Shown piece after piece: positions 27,428 through 40,780 of a stretch of 64,000 nucleotides of DNA. A program made the position numbers and the translations under genes. The notes under the pieces are model-generated. The model ran no database searches, was not told where the DNA came from, and was given only the letters and a program-made list of their open reading frames with translations. The stretch's first letter is position 1. The number at the start of each line of letters is the position of its first letter. The DNA lies in assembly GCF_006345805.1 (NCBI RefSeq), contig NC_043008.1, forward strand, positions 60,140,001-60,204,000, given 5' to 3'. Source of the stretch: Octopus sinensis. Its lineage: Eukaryota.

Positions 27428-27664
27428 AAAGAAAGAATAGGGTAGAAATAGATGGAGAGAGTATCTGCGGAGTGTTTCTCTGTGTATGTGAATTATAAAG
27501 AAAGAGAAAGAGAGAGAGAAAGAGAGAGAAGGAAAGAGGAAAGATTTCAAGTGACCGAGGTTAATGGAATTGGGAGAAAAGATATGAGAATGTATAAACT
27601 AAAGATAATGAGAGAGTATGCGTGTATATATATACATATATATATATACATACATACATACAAC

Positions 27665-27746
<82 letters not shown>

Positions 27747-27748
27747 AT

Positions 27749-27781
<33 letters not shown>

Positions 27782-28404
27782 AATGGACAGAGAGAGAGAG
27801 GGGGGATATACATAATATATAAATATATGAAAATATGCACAAACATTACTACTGAAAGTAAGCATGCTTTATTGAAAGAGGTTAAAAAGCAAAACATTTA
27901 ACAATTTAGCAAAACGCACTCATTCGGTTATTCAGAGGCAGACTTACTTGTGTATGGATGCGAAAATACAATCCTACACTAAAATTACACACATGCACTC
28001 TGCATTATATTATAAAAATATTATAGTATGTGGAAATAATGTTTACAAGTTATTTTAAATGTTGAACGCGTATTTTGGGAAAGCCATGGGTCGATTATTC
28101 TGATATGCGCATTCCTTCCCAGAGAGAAATACAAATATTTACACGCACGCGCACACAACCACACGTGTGTGTATGTGTGTGGGCATAAATGTATATGTTT
28201 ATATATATATGTATTTATATATGATGTATCTATATATATATATATATTTGTATGCATATTTATAGATATGTATGCAAGCATATATATATATATATAATAT
28301 ATATATATATACCGGAGTAAACACATAAATGTGAAACAAGGTGGAAAAAAGAGTACTCATATATATATATATATAAATATATAATATATATATATGATTG
28401 ATTG

Positions 28405-28443
28405 ACTCTAGTTTCAGCTCATGAGCTGTGGCCATGCTGGGGC
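28405..28443 (-). mobile_element. ~40-bp 3'-end fragment related to the SINE-A tail, inside (TA)n
   Basis: Reverse complement tgccccagcatggccacagctcatgagctgaaactaga resembles the A tail gctccagcatggccgcagtcaaatgactgaaacaag. Confidence 0.6.
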
Positions 28444-28515
28444 ATATATATATTATTAATATATATATTTGTGTGTCTGTACATATATTTGCCTACATAC
28501 ACACAAATATATACA

Positions 28516-28594
<79 letters not shown>

Positions 28595-28808
28595 TTATCT
28601 ATCTATCTATCTCGATATATATATGTATATACATATATATGTCTATATATATAATATACATGTTATATATATATATATGTATATGTATATAGATAGACAG
28701 ATATATAGATAGATAGACAGATAGATAGATAGATAGATAGTTAGACAGATAGATAGATAGATAGATAGAGGATAGATAGATAGATAGATAGATAGATAGA
28801 CAGATAGA
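28516..28808. repeat. (TCTA)n followed by its reverse complement (TAGA)n
   Basis: (TCTA)n at 28516-28612 and (GATA)n at 28690-28808. Confidence 0.9.
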
Positions 28809-29699
28809 GGGGGAGAATAAGGGAGAATGAAAGAGACAGAAAGATAGGGAATGAAAGAGAGAGAGAAAGAGAGAGAGAGAATAGTAGTGAGTGAAAGAGA
28901 GTAGGAGAACGAGGAAGAATGAAAGACAGCGACTGATTTTTCGAACGTACTAGTATTAATATCAACGCCTCCGCTCACTCCGTTTTCTATCAACGTTATA
29001 ATGATTTCATAGGCAGGCTCGGAGCATTTGGCAAGTTACTCTAAGTGGATTGTCCATCGAAACCACAAGTGAAGTAATATTTCGATAAATGGTCCATATG
29101 TTAAGCAATTAGCATATCTAAGGTTAGATGAGGAAACGAGAAACTCAGAACTGGTCTTTAAGCTTGATTTGTCACGTTTGCATTTGTTTCCGGAGCCAAT
29201 TTTCACACAGATTGCATTTAAGTGAAGCATGGCTACATTTACATTAATTAAGGTTCAATTTAACCACTTACGAGGCGTCAGTAGCAGTTCGTAATTCAAA
29301 GCTTATTTAATATTTGGTTACCTAATACCCACTCTTCTTTTTCTCCCCGACTCCCCGTATTTTACTGTCTTCTTGCTCTCTTTTATCGATTTCCCTCTCT
29401 CTCTCCCTCGTGTGCACAATCTCTCTCCCCATCTTTATCTAATGCGAACTCACATACACACACACAACACACACACATACATGCATATAAATACTCGTAC
29501 ACGTACACAAGAACACGACAAGACATTTGTACGTCATAGAATTTATTCGTTAAAATGTTATTAATAACAGTAATTTACTACCTGTAATTTTAGAAATGTG
29601 ATCTAGATATTACCATTAAATGCATCAATCTCTTGATTTAGAGACTAAAAGTCAGCATGTTTAAATACGAATTATTTGCTTGCAACAGTTATTAGATAA

Positions 29700-29862
29700 A
29701 ACCTGAGACATGGTCATGTGGTGAAGGAGATAATTTCGCAACGAGGCGGTTCCTGGGGCGATTCAACAGAACAGCACTTTAGGTAAATGTCTTTTGCTCT
29801 AGTTTCAGATTGACGACTGATCAACGAGAGGGGTTTTGTAAACGGGAAATCCGAAAAGCCAT

Positions 29863-29865
<3 letters not shown>
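29700..29865 (+). mobile_element. SINE family A-like head, highly decayed
   Basis: tggtcatgtggtgaagg...cactttaggtaaatgtcttttgctctag...aaacgggaaatccgaaaagcc. Confidence 0.45.
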
Positions 29866-29932
<67 letters not shown>

Positions 29933-29946
29933 CATCTATCTATCTA

Positions 29947-30180
29947 TCTTATTTCTTTATTGCCCACAAGGGGTTAAACATAGAGGGACAAACAAGGACA
30001 GACAAAGGGATTAAGCCGATTACATCGACTCCATTGCGTAACTGGTACTTAATTTATCCACCCCGAAAGGATGAAAGGCAAAGCCGACCTCGGCGGAATT
30101 TGAACTCAGAATGTAACAGCAGATAAAATACTGCTAAGCATTTCGCCCGCCGTGCTAACGTTTCTGCCAGCTCGCCGCCT
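29947..30180 (-). mobile_element. SINE family B monomer (long tail) abutting (TCTA)n
   Basis: Full reverse-complement match from head to aataaagaaataaga. Confidence 0.9.
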
Positions 30181-30275
30181 TCTGTACTGCTCTCTCTTTC
30201 GATATTACTCTTTTTGAGAGAAGTAAATGGTTTCAGCAGTGATGTGAAATGAAAAATGCAGGTATTCCTGCATCT

Positions 30276-30643
<368 letters not shown>

Positions 30644-30849
30644 TGCGTACATGTATACATACTATACATATGTGTGTATAAAGTTGCGTGTATGTATACA
30701 TGTACATGCAGCGGGATTTTATTTATGTAGAATATTGAAAAATGCAGGTGTACATTGCAAATTAATAACAGGAAATTTAACCGTCACGATACGTGGTGAG
30801 TCTCTTTTATTTGTTCATCTCCCTCTCCTCCCCCTCTCTCTCTATATAT

Positions 30850-30901
<52 letters not shown>

Positions 30902-31136
30902 ATATATATAATATAGGAGCTCTAGAGTTAGCGAGAGTTTGTATGCTATGACGGCCAAATCTGTAGAGAATTTTTTTTTGATTTCCTGTCTTCTTGATCT
31001 TTGATTCAAGAAGGTGCCTATAGACGTAATTGTAAATGAGGAAAACCTTTGAACGTGGCATCCCAACATCCCCCAAACCTATGACTGAAACCAGTTAAAG
31101 ACGTAAAAGTACGTCTTAGTTGTGATATTAGTGAGC

Positions 31137-31143
31137 TATAAAA
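31137..31143 (+). promoter_or_regulatory. Candidate TATA box
   Basis: TATAAAA 107 nt upstream of the ATG of a signal-peptide-like exon. Confidence 0.25.
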
Positions 31144-31243
31144 AAATCTACAGTTACTGCAGGAAGTATGTGTCCGCTCTTTATCTGCTCATAACATCAT
31201 GCTCATACATATCAGCTGAAGCTTCGAGGATATTCATTAAAGA

Positions 31244-31333
31244 ATGAGCTTAGCGTTCCTGTTCCTCTATATGTGTTTCTCTCTCACTTTCTCTCTTGGT
31301 TTATCTCTCGATGCATCGAATACTGGAAAGTTA
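31244..31333 (+). CDS. Candidate first coding exon, signal-peptide-like (MSLAFLFLYMCFSLTFSLGLSLDASNTGKL)
   Basis: ATG, hydrophobic core and small residues, ending exactly at a consensus donor GTAAGT (31334), phase 0. Confidence 0.3.
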
Positions 31334-32157
31334 GTAAGTCTATCAACATAGATTTCTGGCCTCGTTATAATTATATTCAGCATTGAATTTAGGGAACATG
31401 AGTTCAATTAGAACGATAAAGTTGTTAAACGGGATTTGTAAAACCATATTCTAGATATCTAAGAGAATCAGTAACAAGAATATACTCATTTTTGTTTCCT
31501 TCCATATTAGAATGAAGCATTCGTTGATAATTCGTTACCCTGAAAGAAAAATCGTAGCAGCAGACGCAAAGTAGTAAAATAAAGAGTGGCAACTGGCATT
31601 TAATTATCTGCAGTACAAGAGTTCACACCGTGTGTAGATAAGTAATAAGTGAAAAATCTACAATCCTAAGTTACCTGCCGACATGTGTTGCGAAAACATT
31701 TCATTATATACACTACTCTACACGAAGTGTTAAAAAAAAAAAAAGAGCTTATTTCAAACTGCCGTCACATAATAAAATTCGTTCACGCCTACTTCAAAAC
31801 AGCACAATCTAATGCATGATGAATAAAAAATGACGTCAAAAAATAGTGGAGTAGTTGAAAGCACAGCAATATATATGTAAGAGATACAAATAAAAACAAC
31901 ACAGAATCACTTGCAATGTCAGCACTGACAGTAGCATTATTGTAACACACCATACCGAGTATAATTACATATACGAGAACGATAAGATATAAAATGAAAA
32001 GTAATGCTTTGCTCCTTGTTTATTCTCAGTTGTTTACTCTGACAAGATTTTATTATTCTACGCGCATAACAACTATGCACATATACATGCATTCACCACT
32101 AAATAAGTCGTATACATACACACTTACTTACATACATACATACATACATACTTACAT

Positions 32158-32192
<35 letters not shown>

Positions 32193-34007
32193 ATATATAT
32201 AATTATGAACATACACACTCCACGCACATACATATAATGCACAAACACATATTCATATAGATCAGAAGTGTCTCTATAAAAACACGTGGGTAGGTTCATA
32301 CGGAATTTAGCCTGTTACATAAACTTTCACACATTAATACATACGTCCTTACATAAATACATACAGACGTACACATACAGTATCTTTCAAACATATATAG
32401 AGAGAATGTTTATGCTTCAATATATACATAGCTATATATTCATATTTATATATATACTATATATGTGTGTGTGTATACATACATATATATGTGTATGCGT
32501 ATGTATATAACAATGCGTATATATGTATATATTATAATATATATATCTATATATATATATATAAATATATATATATCTATATGTATGTATGTTATGTATG
32601 TATGTATGTATGTATGTATGTATGTATGTATGTATAATGTATGTATATATATTCTTACGTGTGTGTATCTGGGCTCATATAATCTATTGACATTCCAGAA
32701 GCTTGTGTCGGGATTATTTCAAATATCCGTTGTCTTCTGTTGGATTTAGCGATGTATAGCATTTCATAAAAAAAAACGTTATTTCAGCCTATTTAATAAA
32801 AGCTATTATTTACATCGAGTTACTGATACTTTTCAGAGAACGTATTAACTTAAATTTTAAAAACAACAACAACAAAAGACAAAAAAAAACAAAACAAAAC
32901 AAGAAAACCAAAAAAACAAACAAACAAACAACAACAAAACCTATCACTTTATACCTGCAAGTTTTAACTCTTGTTATTAAAATCAGGTATATGGAATTAC
33001 TGAAATTTTGGAATCAATCCAAAGTGTCAAGGACAAATACATTTCCTAGATCCCGTTAATTCACACAAACAAATCGTGTGCATACGCCTGATATTACTGG
33101 CGCCAGAGTAAGGTGATAACGTTTAGCACCAGTTAAGAATAAAAACTTTGTCCCAGACTTACTTCCTTGGAACCTGATAATTTTTACAAATTCTATACGC
33201 TGTCATTTTGATCTGCATTCTCAGTTTATAAATACTCAAAACGAAACCAAACACCTCACTATATTTCGCATGTTTATTTAATCAGTACCAACTAAATCCA
33301 ATTTTTCATTTTATGAATGTAAGTCAATGATTTTAAAACTCCTGTCTCGTATCATGTTTATTACAGGAATGACAGAACTGAGGTTTTTTTGTTTATAGTA
33401 TTACTGTTGCTTCTAACTTTACAGAAGTCAACAGAAATTTATAGGCCTAGCGTCATTATGACGGTGTCTGTGTAGGCTACAGGTGCTACTAGCAATGCGG
33501 TGAACTGAGCAGGTGAAAAGTAACTATTCAGAACAATCATACATCAAATTGATATCGGTTACAATATCAGCTAAGCAAGTTGTGTATCTATAAATATGTA
33601 TTAAAGTCCACTATAAATCTATTATTTTGTAGAAAATTTATATATTTAAGGATTTTCTTCTCCTCTCCTTATAATACCAATCTTTCTTAGACCGCACCTG
33701 TTTCTAAGATACAAACGTCTTAGGTAAAGTAATTTAAAATAAAACCTTCCATCGTAATCTCATTTAAAATTATATACAAAATCACAGTTTAATAATGACA
33801 AGATTATTTTAATACATTCTTGTCAAACACAATATAACCAAAGACACTGCATTTCATCAGAAATTTGAAAATAAGACATTTAAGATTCAATTTTACATCA
33901 TTCATATTTAGATATATAAAATTTGAAGTTTCTCGCGCTATATCTTATAACAATCTTACAATTTAACGAAGCCATTTATACCTCAGTATATATAAAAGGC
34001 AGGATGT

Positions 34008-34045
<38 letters not shown>

Positions 34046-34099
34046 TGAATGTAATTTATGCACGTCCACAAATTACCACGCATTTCGCTCCCAATTTAG

Positions 34100-34265
34100 G
34101 AGGACATTCGTTATGATACTAGCTGTATTTTCGTCAACTTATTTTTCCCAGTGGCACCAGCGAATAGCATTAAAAATAAAATTTCAACCAAAACTTTTAA
34201 CAATTTTCAAGTCGGAGAAATCGCCACTGTTTACAAACAGGAGTTACGTCCTCTTCTAACGACGA
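34100..34265 (+). CDS. Candidate internal exon (EDIRYDTSCIFVNLFFPVAPANSIKNKISTKTFNNFQVGEIATVYKQELRPLLTT); alternative acceptor at 34152
   Basis: Acceptor catttcgctcccaatttAG (or ttatttttcccAG, giving a 114-nt phase 1-1 exon), open frame, donor GTAAGT at 34266. Confidence 0.35.
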
Positions 34266-34486
34266 GTAAGTTTTTGTTGATATACGAGTAACAAACACAC
34301 ACACAGACACACACAGACACACACACAGACACACACATACACACACACGTACACACACATACACACACACACACACACACGAACATGTATGCGTACAAAA
34401 ACCGTGTATGCAATAAGTGCATATGCGTACGTGTGTATATGTGTGTGTTGCCAATATATATATATATATGTGTATATATATATATA

Positions 34487-34525
<39 letters not shown>

Positions 34526-34624
34526 TCTATATATATTTATATGTATATGCTATATATGTTGTGTGTGTATGTGTGTATATATGTATATGTATATCCTATA
34601 TATATATATGTGTGTGTGTGTGTG

Positions 34625-34655
<31 letters not shown>

Positions 34656-34987
34656 TTATATGTATACACACACACATGAATGTGAATACATGTGTATATG
34701 TGTTTGTTTGCTTGATTGAGTATGTGTGTATGTGTAAGTGTATATGCGTGGGCCGCTTGTCGATTAAGTACAATGCATACATCTCGATACTGTGTTCTTG
34801 TTCTCTCTGTAAAAGGAAGAATGTATAGTCTAAACGCTGAATATACATACTTGATCGTAGCCTAAATTAATGTTAGTTACGCTCCAGTTCCCCTTCCTCA
34901 CTCCCACTCCTCATTTTCGCACCTACACATTCAGATATATGCGTAAATACATATACGGTGTATATACATAGCAACATACATATATGG

Positions 34988-35020
<33 letters not shown>

Positions 35021-35101
35021 ATATGAATATATAATATATGAATATGATAATATATCATATATATGTATATTATGTATATATATGCATACATAGAGAATGA
35101 G

Positions 35102-35150
<49 letters not shown>

Positions 35151-35822
35151 ATATTATATATATACGCATATATACATACACATAAAGGAAACTATAAATC
35201 TGTATATTTGTGTAGATTAAAGCATATGTATATATGTATATGTGTATATGTATTGTGTATATGTAAATGTATGTATTTTTCGCTGTGTGTCTGTATGTGT
35301 TTCTTAGTGTCTGTGTGTGAGTGTGTGCATGCGTGCGAATATATATAAATATACTTGTATGCCAGAATAAACGTTATCGAAATAAATGAAAATTACCTCC
35401 ACCATCACTTTTATGTATACACACACAGATGCGCACTGAGAAAGACACATGCACTAACAACCAAACATACATAGATGCATACATGCATGCATACGCTCAC
35501 ACTCACACACATTCTATCTCGTACAAACACACACATACTTATATATCAGGAGTTGGGGAGATCTCAAGTATGTGATCATTGCCTAAATTAATGGGAGTTA
35601 TAGTCACCATTGTTCGTTGTAAACGGAAGACGTTCTAGCAATTTACTTCATAATTACATCAATCAATATACATTCCGCTCGTGGAATCAATGAATATTCA
35701 ATACGACCAGCCAGTTATCCATGTGTAATAGTGGTAATATATATATCGATGCAATGTTCCAGATCGACCACATGTACACCATACTCCGTGTTACCTAATT
35801 CCGGTACTCTTTCATTGAACAG

Positions 35823-35890
35823 TCGACGTTCTTAAAATCGTGTCTGTTCAAGTGTTCACAGCGGTGGCTATTATATTCAGAGAAAAGTAA
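35823..35890 (+). CDS. Candidate exon (phase 1: IDVLKIVSVQVFTAVAIIFREK, then stop, or donor GTAATT at 35887)
   Basis: Acceptor tactctttcattgaacAG; phase compatible with 34100-34265. Confidence 0.2.
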
Positions 35891-36425
35891 TTTGACTGAA
35901 CGCCGAGTTACCAGTGGAATACATTACTTTAATATTTATGGTATATTCAATCTATACCGACCCGTTTTGTAGACATCTTCCCGGCACAGTTTGTCAGTAT
36001 TTGAGCTAAAAGTAGAGACTATCTGCATATCAATAAGTAACCACTGCATTTTTCTCGCTGGGAAAGAATTATAGTTAAAAATAAATTTCTAAACATATTC
36101 CAAGTACCGAAAGTGACCTAATGGAGAAAAGTTTTCAAGACATTAGAAGAAAACGAACCCGACTTAAATGCATAGTTTTACTAAATTGTCTCGACAGTGG
36201 GTCTATCCATAGATAAACATTCAAATTTAAACTGGTTCTGCTAATCTAGATGAAATGCCCCCCTCTAAATGTATGGTTACTAAAACATTAAAATCCTATT
36301 TATCTCTCTTCCATAATCATACAAAATTTGTATTTGCAATAACTATTGGAAACAAAATGAGCTCAAACTATCGGGAACAAATTGGCACAAATTCAGAAGC
36401 TATGCTACTTGATTTCAATATTAAT

Positions 36426-36522
36426 TCCTGATTTAAGGCAGCAAACTGGTAGAATTATTGGCACGCCTGTCTAAATGAATAGAGGCATTTCGTGAAATGA
36501 GTTCAAATTCTGCCGAGGTCGA
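36426..36522 (+). mobile_element. SINE family B head, truncated at gtcgac
   Basis: ggcagcaaactggtagaattattggcacg...gagttcaaattctgccgaggtcgac. Confidence 0.7.
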
Positions 36523-36794
36523 CTTCCCGTCACAGTTAGTCAGTATTTGAGCGTTATGGCGGTAATAGATTAATGTTAAGTTTACTGTAACTCTAGAAGA
36601 TCCTTATTGTTGTTGTTTGGCCCTGGTCAGACCTGAGTTTGAACTGACCAGGAATAGAAGACGTTCCATTCGTTAGCATATTTTCTTGTAAAATAATGTT
36701 TACATTATTCAGTAAAAACAAAACAAAAAACCCAACAATGTCCCAAAATAGTGCGTGGAGTAAGATTTGGCTGGCAATATTAACTGCAAGAACA

Positions 36795-37205
36795 TCGATA
36801 AGCTGGTAGAATCGTTTGTAGACCGGGCAAAATCTTTAGCAGTACTCCGTCCGTCTTCATGTTCTGAGATCAAATTCTGCCCCGATCGACTTTGCATTTC
36901 TTCATTTCGGGATCTATAAAACAAATAGTTTACACCTCCGCCCTGAATTGCTGGCCTTGTACCAAGAGTCTGAGACCAGTATTTACTGGAAAAAAAGCGG
37001 CGAGCTGGCAGAATCGTTAGCACGCCAGGCAAAATGTTTAGCAATATTTTGTCAGTGTTCACGTTTTGAGTTCAAATTCTGCTGAGGTCGAATTTGCCTT
37101 TCATTCTTCGGAGTCGATAAAACAAGTTCCAACTGGGTTTTGGATTCGATTTAATTGACTTACTTCCTGAAATTAGTGTCTTTGCACCAACATTTGAAGC
37201 CAGTA
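36795..37205 (+). mobile_element. Two consecutive diverged SINE-B short-tail copies (36795-36980 and 36997-37205)
   Basis: Head, B-box and core recognisable in both. Confidence 0.8.
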
Positions 37206-37433
37206 GTAAATAGAAGAAACACTACACATCTACTTCTCTTGAACTGAAAAATTCACTCATAGCAATAAAAGCTCTGTTAAATTGAAGAATGAGAGCCAAG
37301 AAATAGGTAAAAAGCTTTTATTTAAATTATACTCCGGTACATAGAAAAAAAACTCGTATTTGTGATACATGCGGTTTAAGTTTGAACGACAATCAAACAA
37401 CTGATACTGCTGATTATATTGAAGAATGTAAAA

Positions 37434-37771
37434 AATCGTTTCTACTTATAGGTACAAGGCCTGAAATTTGGGGGAGGGGGATAGTCGATTATATCGTCCC
37501 CAGTACTGAACTGGTACTTGATTTATCGGCCCCGAAATGATGAAAGGCAAAGTCGACCTCGGCGGAATTTGAACTCAGAAGGTAGCGACAGACGAAATAC
37601 CGCTAAGCATTTCGACCGGCGTGCTAATGTTTCTTATTTCTTTACTGCCCACAAGGGGCTACACACAGAGGGGACGAACAAGGACAAACAAACGGATTAG
37701 GTTGATTATATCGACCCCAGTGCGTAACTGGTACTTATTTAATAAACCCCGGAAGGATGAAAGGCAAAGTC
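37434..37771 (-). mobile_element. SINE family B dimer (long-tail unit followed by short-tail unit)
   Basis: Minus-strand junction aaagaaata|agaaacattagcacg at 37635/37634. Confidence 0.9.
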
Positions 37772-38490
37772 CATACATATATAGGCTGTTGGGTAAAATT
37801 TCAGTTAAATTTGACTGCTGTTTCTAACACATCGGAAAGCGAAGTAGGCGTTTCCCCACTTGCTTGTTAAAAAGAAAGAAAAAAATATTTCATAAAATAA
37901 CACTGTAATTCACTACTTGCTAGCTACGTCGAGAATTTACTATGAATTCTATACGCACGAAAGCATGTTAAGATTGCTTGTATGTACTTAGGAATCAGCT
38001 GGTATGAATTCAGAAAATGATGTCGTTATTTTCTGGTGCATAACTGAATAGATATTAATGAAACTAATGGCAGAGGTTATGTGACACATGTTCTAATTGT
38101 CAATCTGCTGCTCGGCTGATTGAAACAAACGTTTATCAAAATTGGAATGATTCAGTGTTGTCAACAATTGGCCTTGCATACGAAGGACAGAATCAATCAG
38201 TGTCATTCCGTCTAGCTGTTAAAACTTGGAATTTTTTTTCTTTCTTCCTTTCTCTGTGTAGAATTAAAAGCACCGAAAAGAGAGTGCAAATATATGTATG
38301 TTGTCTAAGCTATGTGGAGTGATGTGAAGTGGTGAGTAATTGGGGGACATAAGTATTTGATAGATAGAATATCTCTTAAGTAAATACGTAGGCATTCGAC
38401 AGATACATACACACATAAATGAAAATGTTAGTGAGAATGTAAATGTGAAGACTGATATAAAACTGAAGAGAGAGCGAGAGAAATAAATAG

Positions 38491-38540
<50 letters not shown>

Positions 38541-39049
38541 GGGTAGAAAAAGAGAAAGAGACTGATATGGTTATCTTTCTCAGCTCACGAGAGCTTGGAT
38601 ACAGCAGGAAGTGAAAGGAAATTGGGTAAGTTGGGTAAGGCGGCAATTGTGAATGTTCTGAACGCAAGAGATCTGTGAAAGAAAGAAGTGAATTTGAGAG
38701 TGAGTGAAATAGAGATAAAAAAGGAGTTGAGAGGGTTTGAACATAACAGAAGACGCGTTTTAATTGAGCGGTGATGTAGGGATACTTTGATTCTACATTG
38801 CAGGATCAGCAAGAAAAGGTATATCAACAAAAGTATTAATATATCACGCTCATCAACGGACTTATAAATGCATATATGGACGTCACCTAGGAACAGACAC
38901 GTGATTCATGGGTGTATATTTCGGCCGTGCTATGTGTGCCCTGCACACCCATCGAAACTGGCAAATTCGTTATAAATATTAACCTTACATAATAGTTAAT
39001 CCCAAATCTTAAGAGGAAACTTTTCTTATACCTCTACTTGAAATTTGGC

Positions 39050-39430
39050 GGCATTGGTTGTGGCAGCACACCCAATACAACGATCATACGCCACTGAGAA
39101 TACAGTCGCACAGAACAAAGTCAATGGAAGCTATATCAATTCTTTCTACTTTCGGCACAAGACCTGAATTTTGTGAGAGTGAGCTAGTCAAATACGTCAA
39201 TCTCGGTGCTCTTTCATTGACCTCGATGGCACTGGGTGTGACAGCACACCCGATAGAATCATCATACGCCACTGAGAAAAAAGTCGCATAGACCAACGTC
39301 AATGGAAGCTATAATAAATTTTTCTACTGTCGGCACAAGACCCGAATTTTGTGTGAGTGAGCTAGATGATTAAGTCAACCCCAGTTCTCAAATGGTACCT
39401 CTTTCATCGACCTCGGAAGGATTAACGGCA
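39050..39430. repeat. Tandem duplication, period 178 bp, each unit ending in a decayed minus-strand SINE-B piece
   Basis: ggcattggttgtggcagcacaccc (39050) vs ggcactgggtgtgacagcacaccc (39228); 12 mismatches in the first 86 bp. Confidence 0.85.
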
Positions 39431-40360
39431 AATAAATTTCTATGATTTTGTACTGGGATTTTAATCGAGAGATTAATATAGTAAAATTGACGTAACGTCT
39501 GGCGTGACATAAGCGGTGGGAGTACGTAAAAGTATCTAAATGGGTGTAGCTGATTTCACAGGAGCTTCTAACTAAAAGGTCACAGGCATTCTTAACTCTT
39601 TTAAAGAAGAGAAGAGGTGACCTGAGAAAGATCAGAGCAATTATGAAAGCATCAGCGAGTGGAAACTATAAGCTGTGGTGCAAAGGAGTGTGCATTTGAA
39701 TGGAAGAACAACATAAATTTCACACTAGAGGTGCAGTCCTATACATACCTACATACATACATACATACATACATACATACATACATACATACATACATAC
39801 ATACATGCATATATACATGCATACACACACAAACACATACATACATACATAAATCACACGCGCGCACACACACACTCATAAGCGTGGGTGAGTGATTTTT
39901 GTCTGCGTGGGCAAAGATATATTCTCATATATGAATATGTGTGTGGTGTGTGGGCATGTGTATATGTACAGACACACACACACAAATACACACACACCAC
40001 ACACACATATATATGTATATACATTTGTATACATATATGTGTGTGTATGTAAACATATATGTATGCACAGACATACATCCATGCATATATAATTGCAGCT
40101 AATGAGATGAGACTCTGGGGAATAATATCAAATGACATATTGAAATATATACATAACATATTTAGGGATAGACTGTATTATGTATTCATTTAGATAAGTA
40201 GGTTGATTTCATTCTCAAATCTCTTTCCGCGTTAACTGTAATTATCATTATACAATTATTGTAAGCTTAATTTTTCTCCCACTTATTAAAAGATCTCACT
40301 TAACACATCGTACAAAAGAAATATTTTCGGTATAACTGCAAGATTCCCATAATTAATACA

Positions 40361-40780
40361 CAGGAGTGGCTGTGTGGTAAGTAGCTTGCTTACCAACCAC
40401 ATGGTTCTGGGTTCAGTTCCACTGCGTGGCACCTTGGGCAAGTGTCTTCTACTATAGCCTAGGGCCGACCAAAGCCTTGTGAGTGGATTTGGTAGACGGA
40501 AACTGAAAGAATCCCGTCGTATATATGTACATATATATAATATATATTATATATATATATAGTGTATGTGTTTGTGTGTTTGTGTGTCTGTGTTTGTCCC
40601 CTAGCATTGCTTGACAACCGATGCTGGTGTTTTATGTCCCCGTCACTTAGCGGTTCGGCAAATGAGACCGATAGAATACGTAACTGGGCTTACAAAGAAT
40701 AGTCCCGGGGTCGAGTTGCTCGATTAAAGGCGGTGCTCTAGCATGGCCGCAGTCAAATGACTGAAACAAGTAAAAGAGTA
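40361..40780 (+). mobile_element. SINE family A, near full length
   Basis: Matches 1189-1598. Confidence 0.9.
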
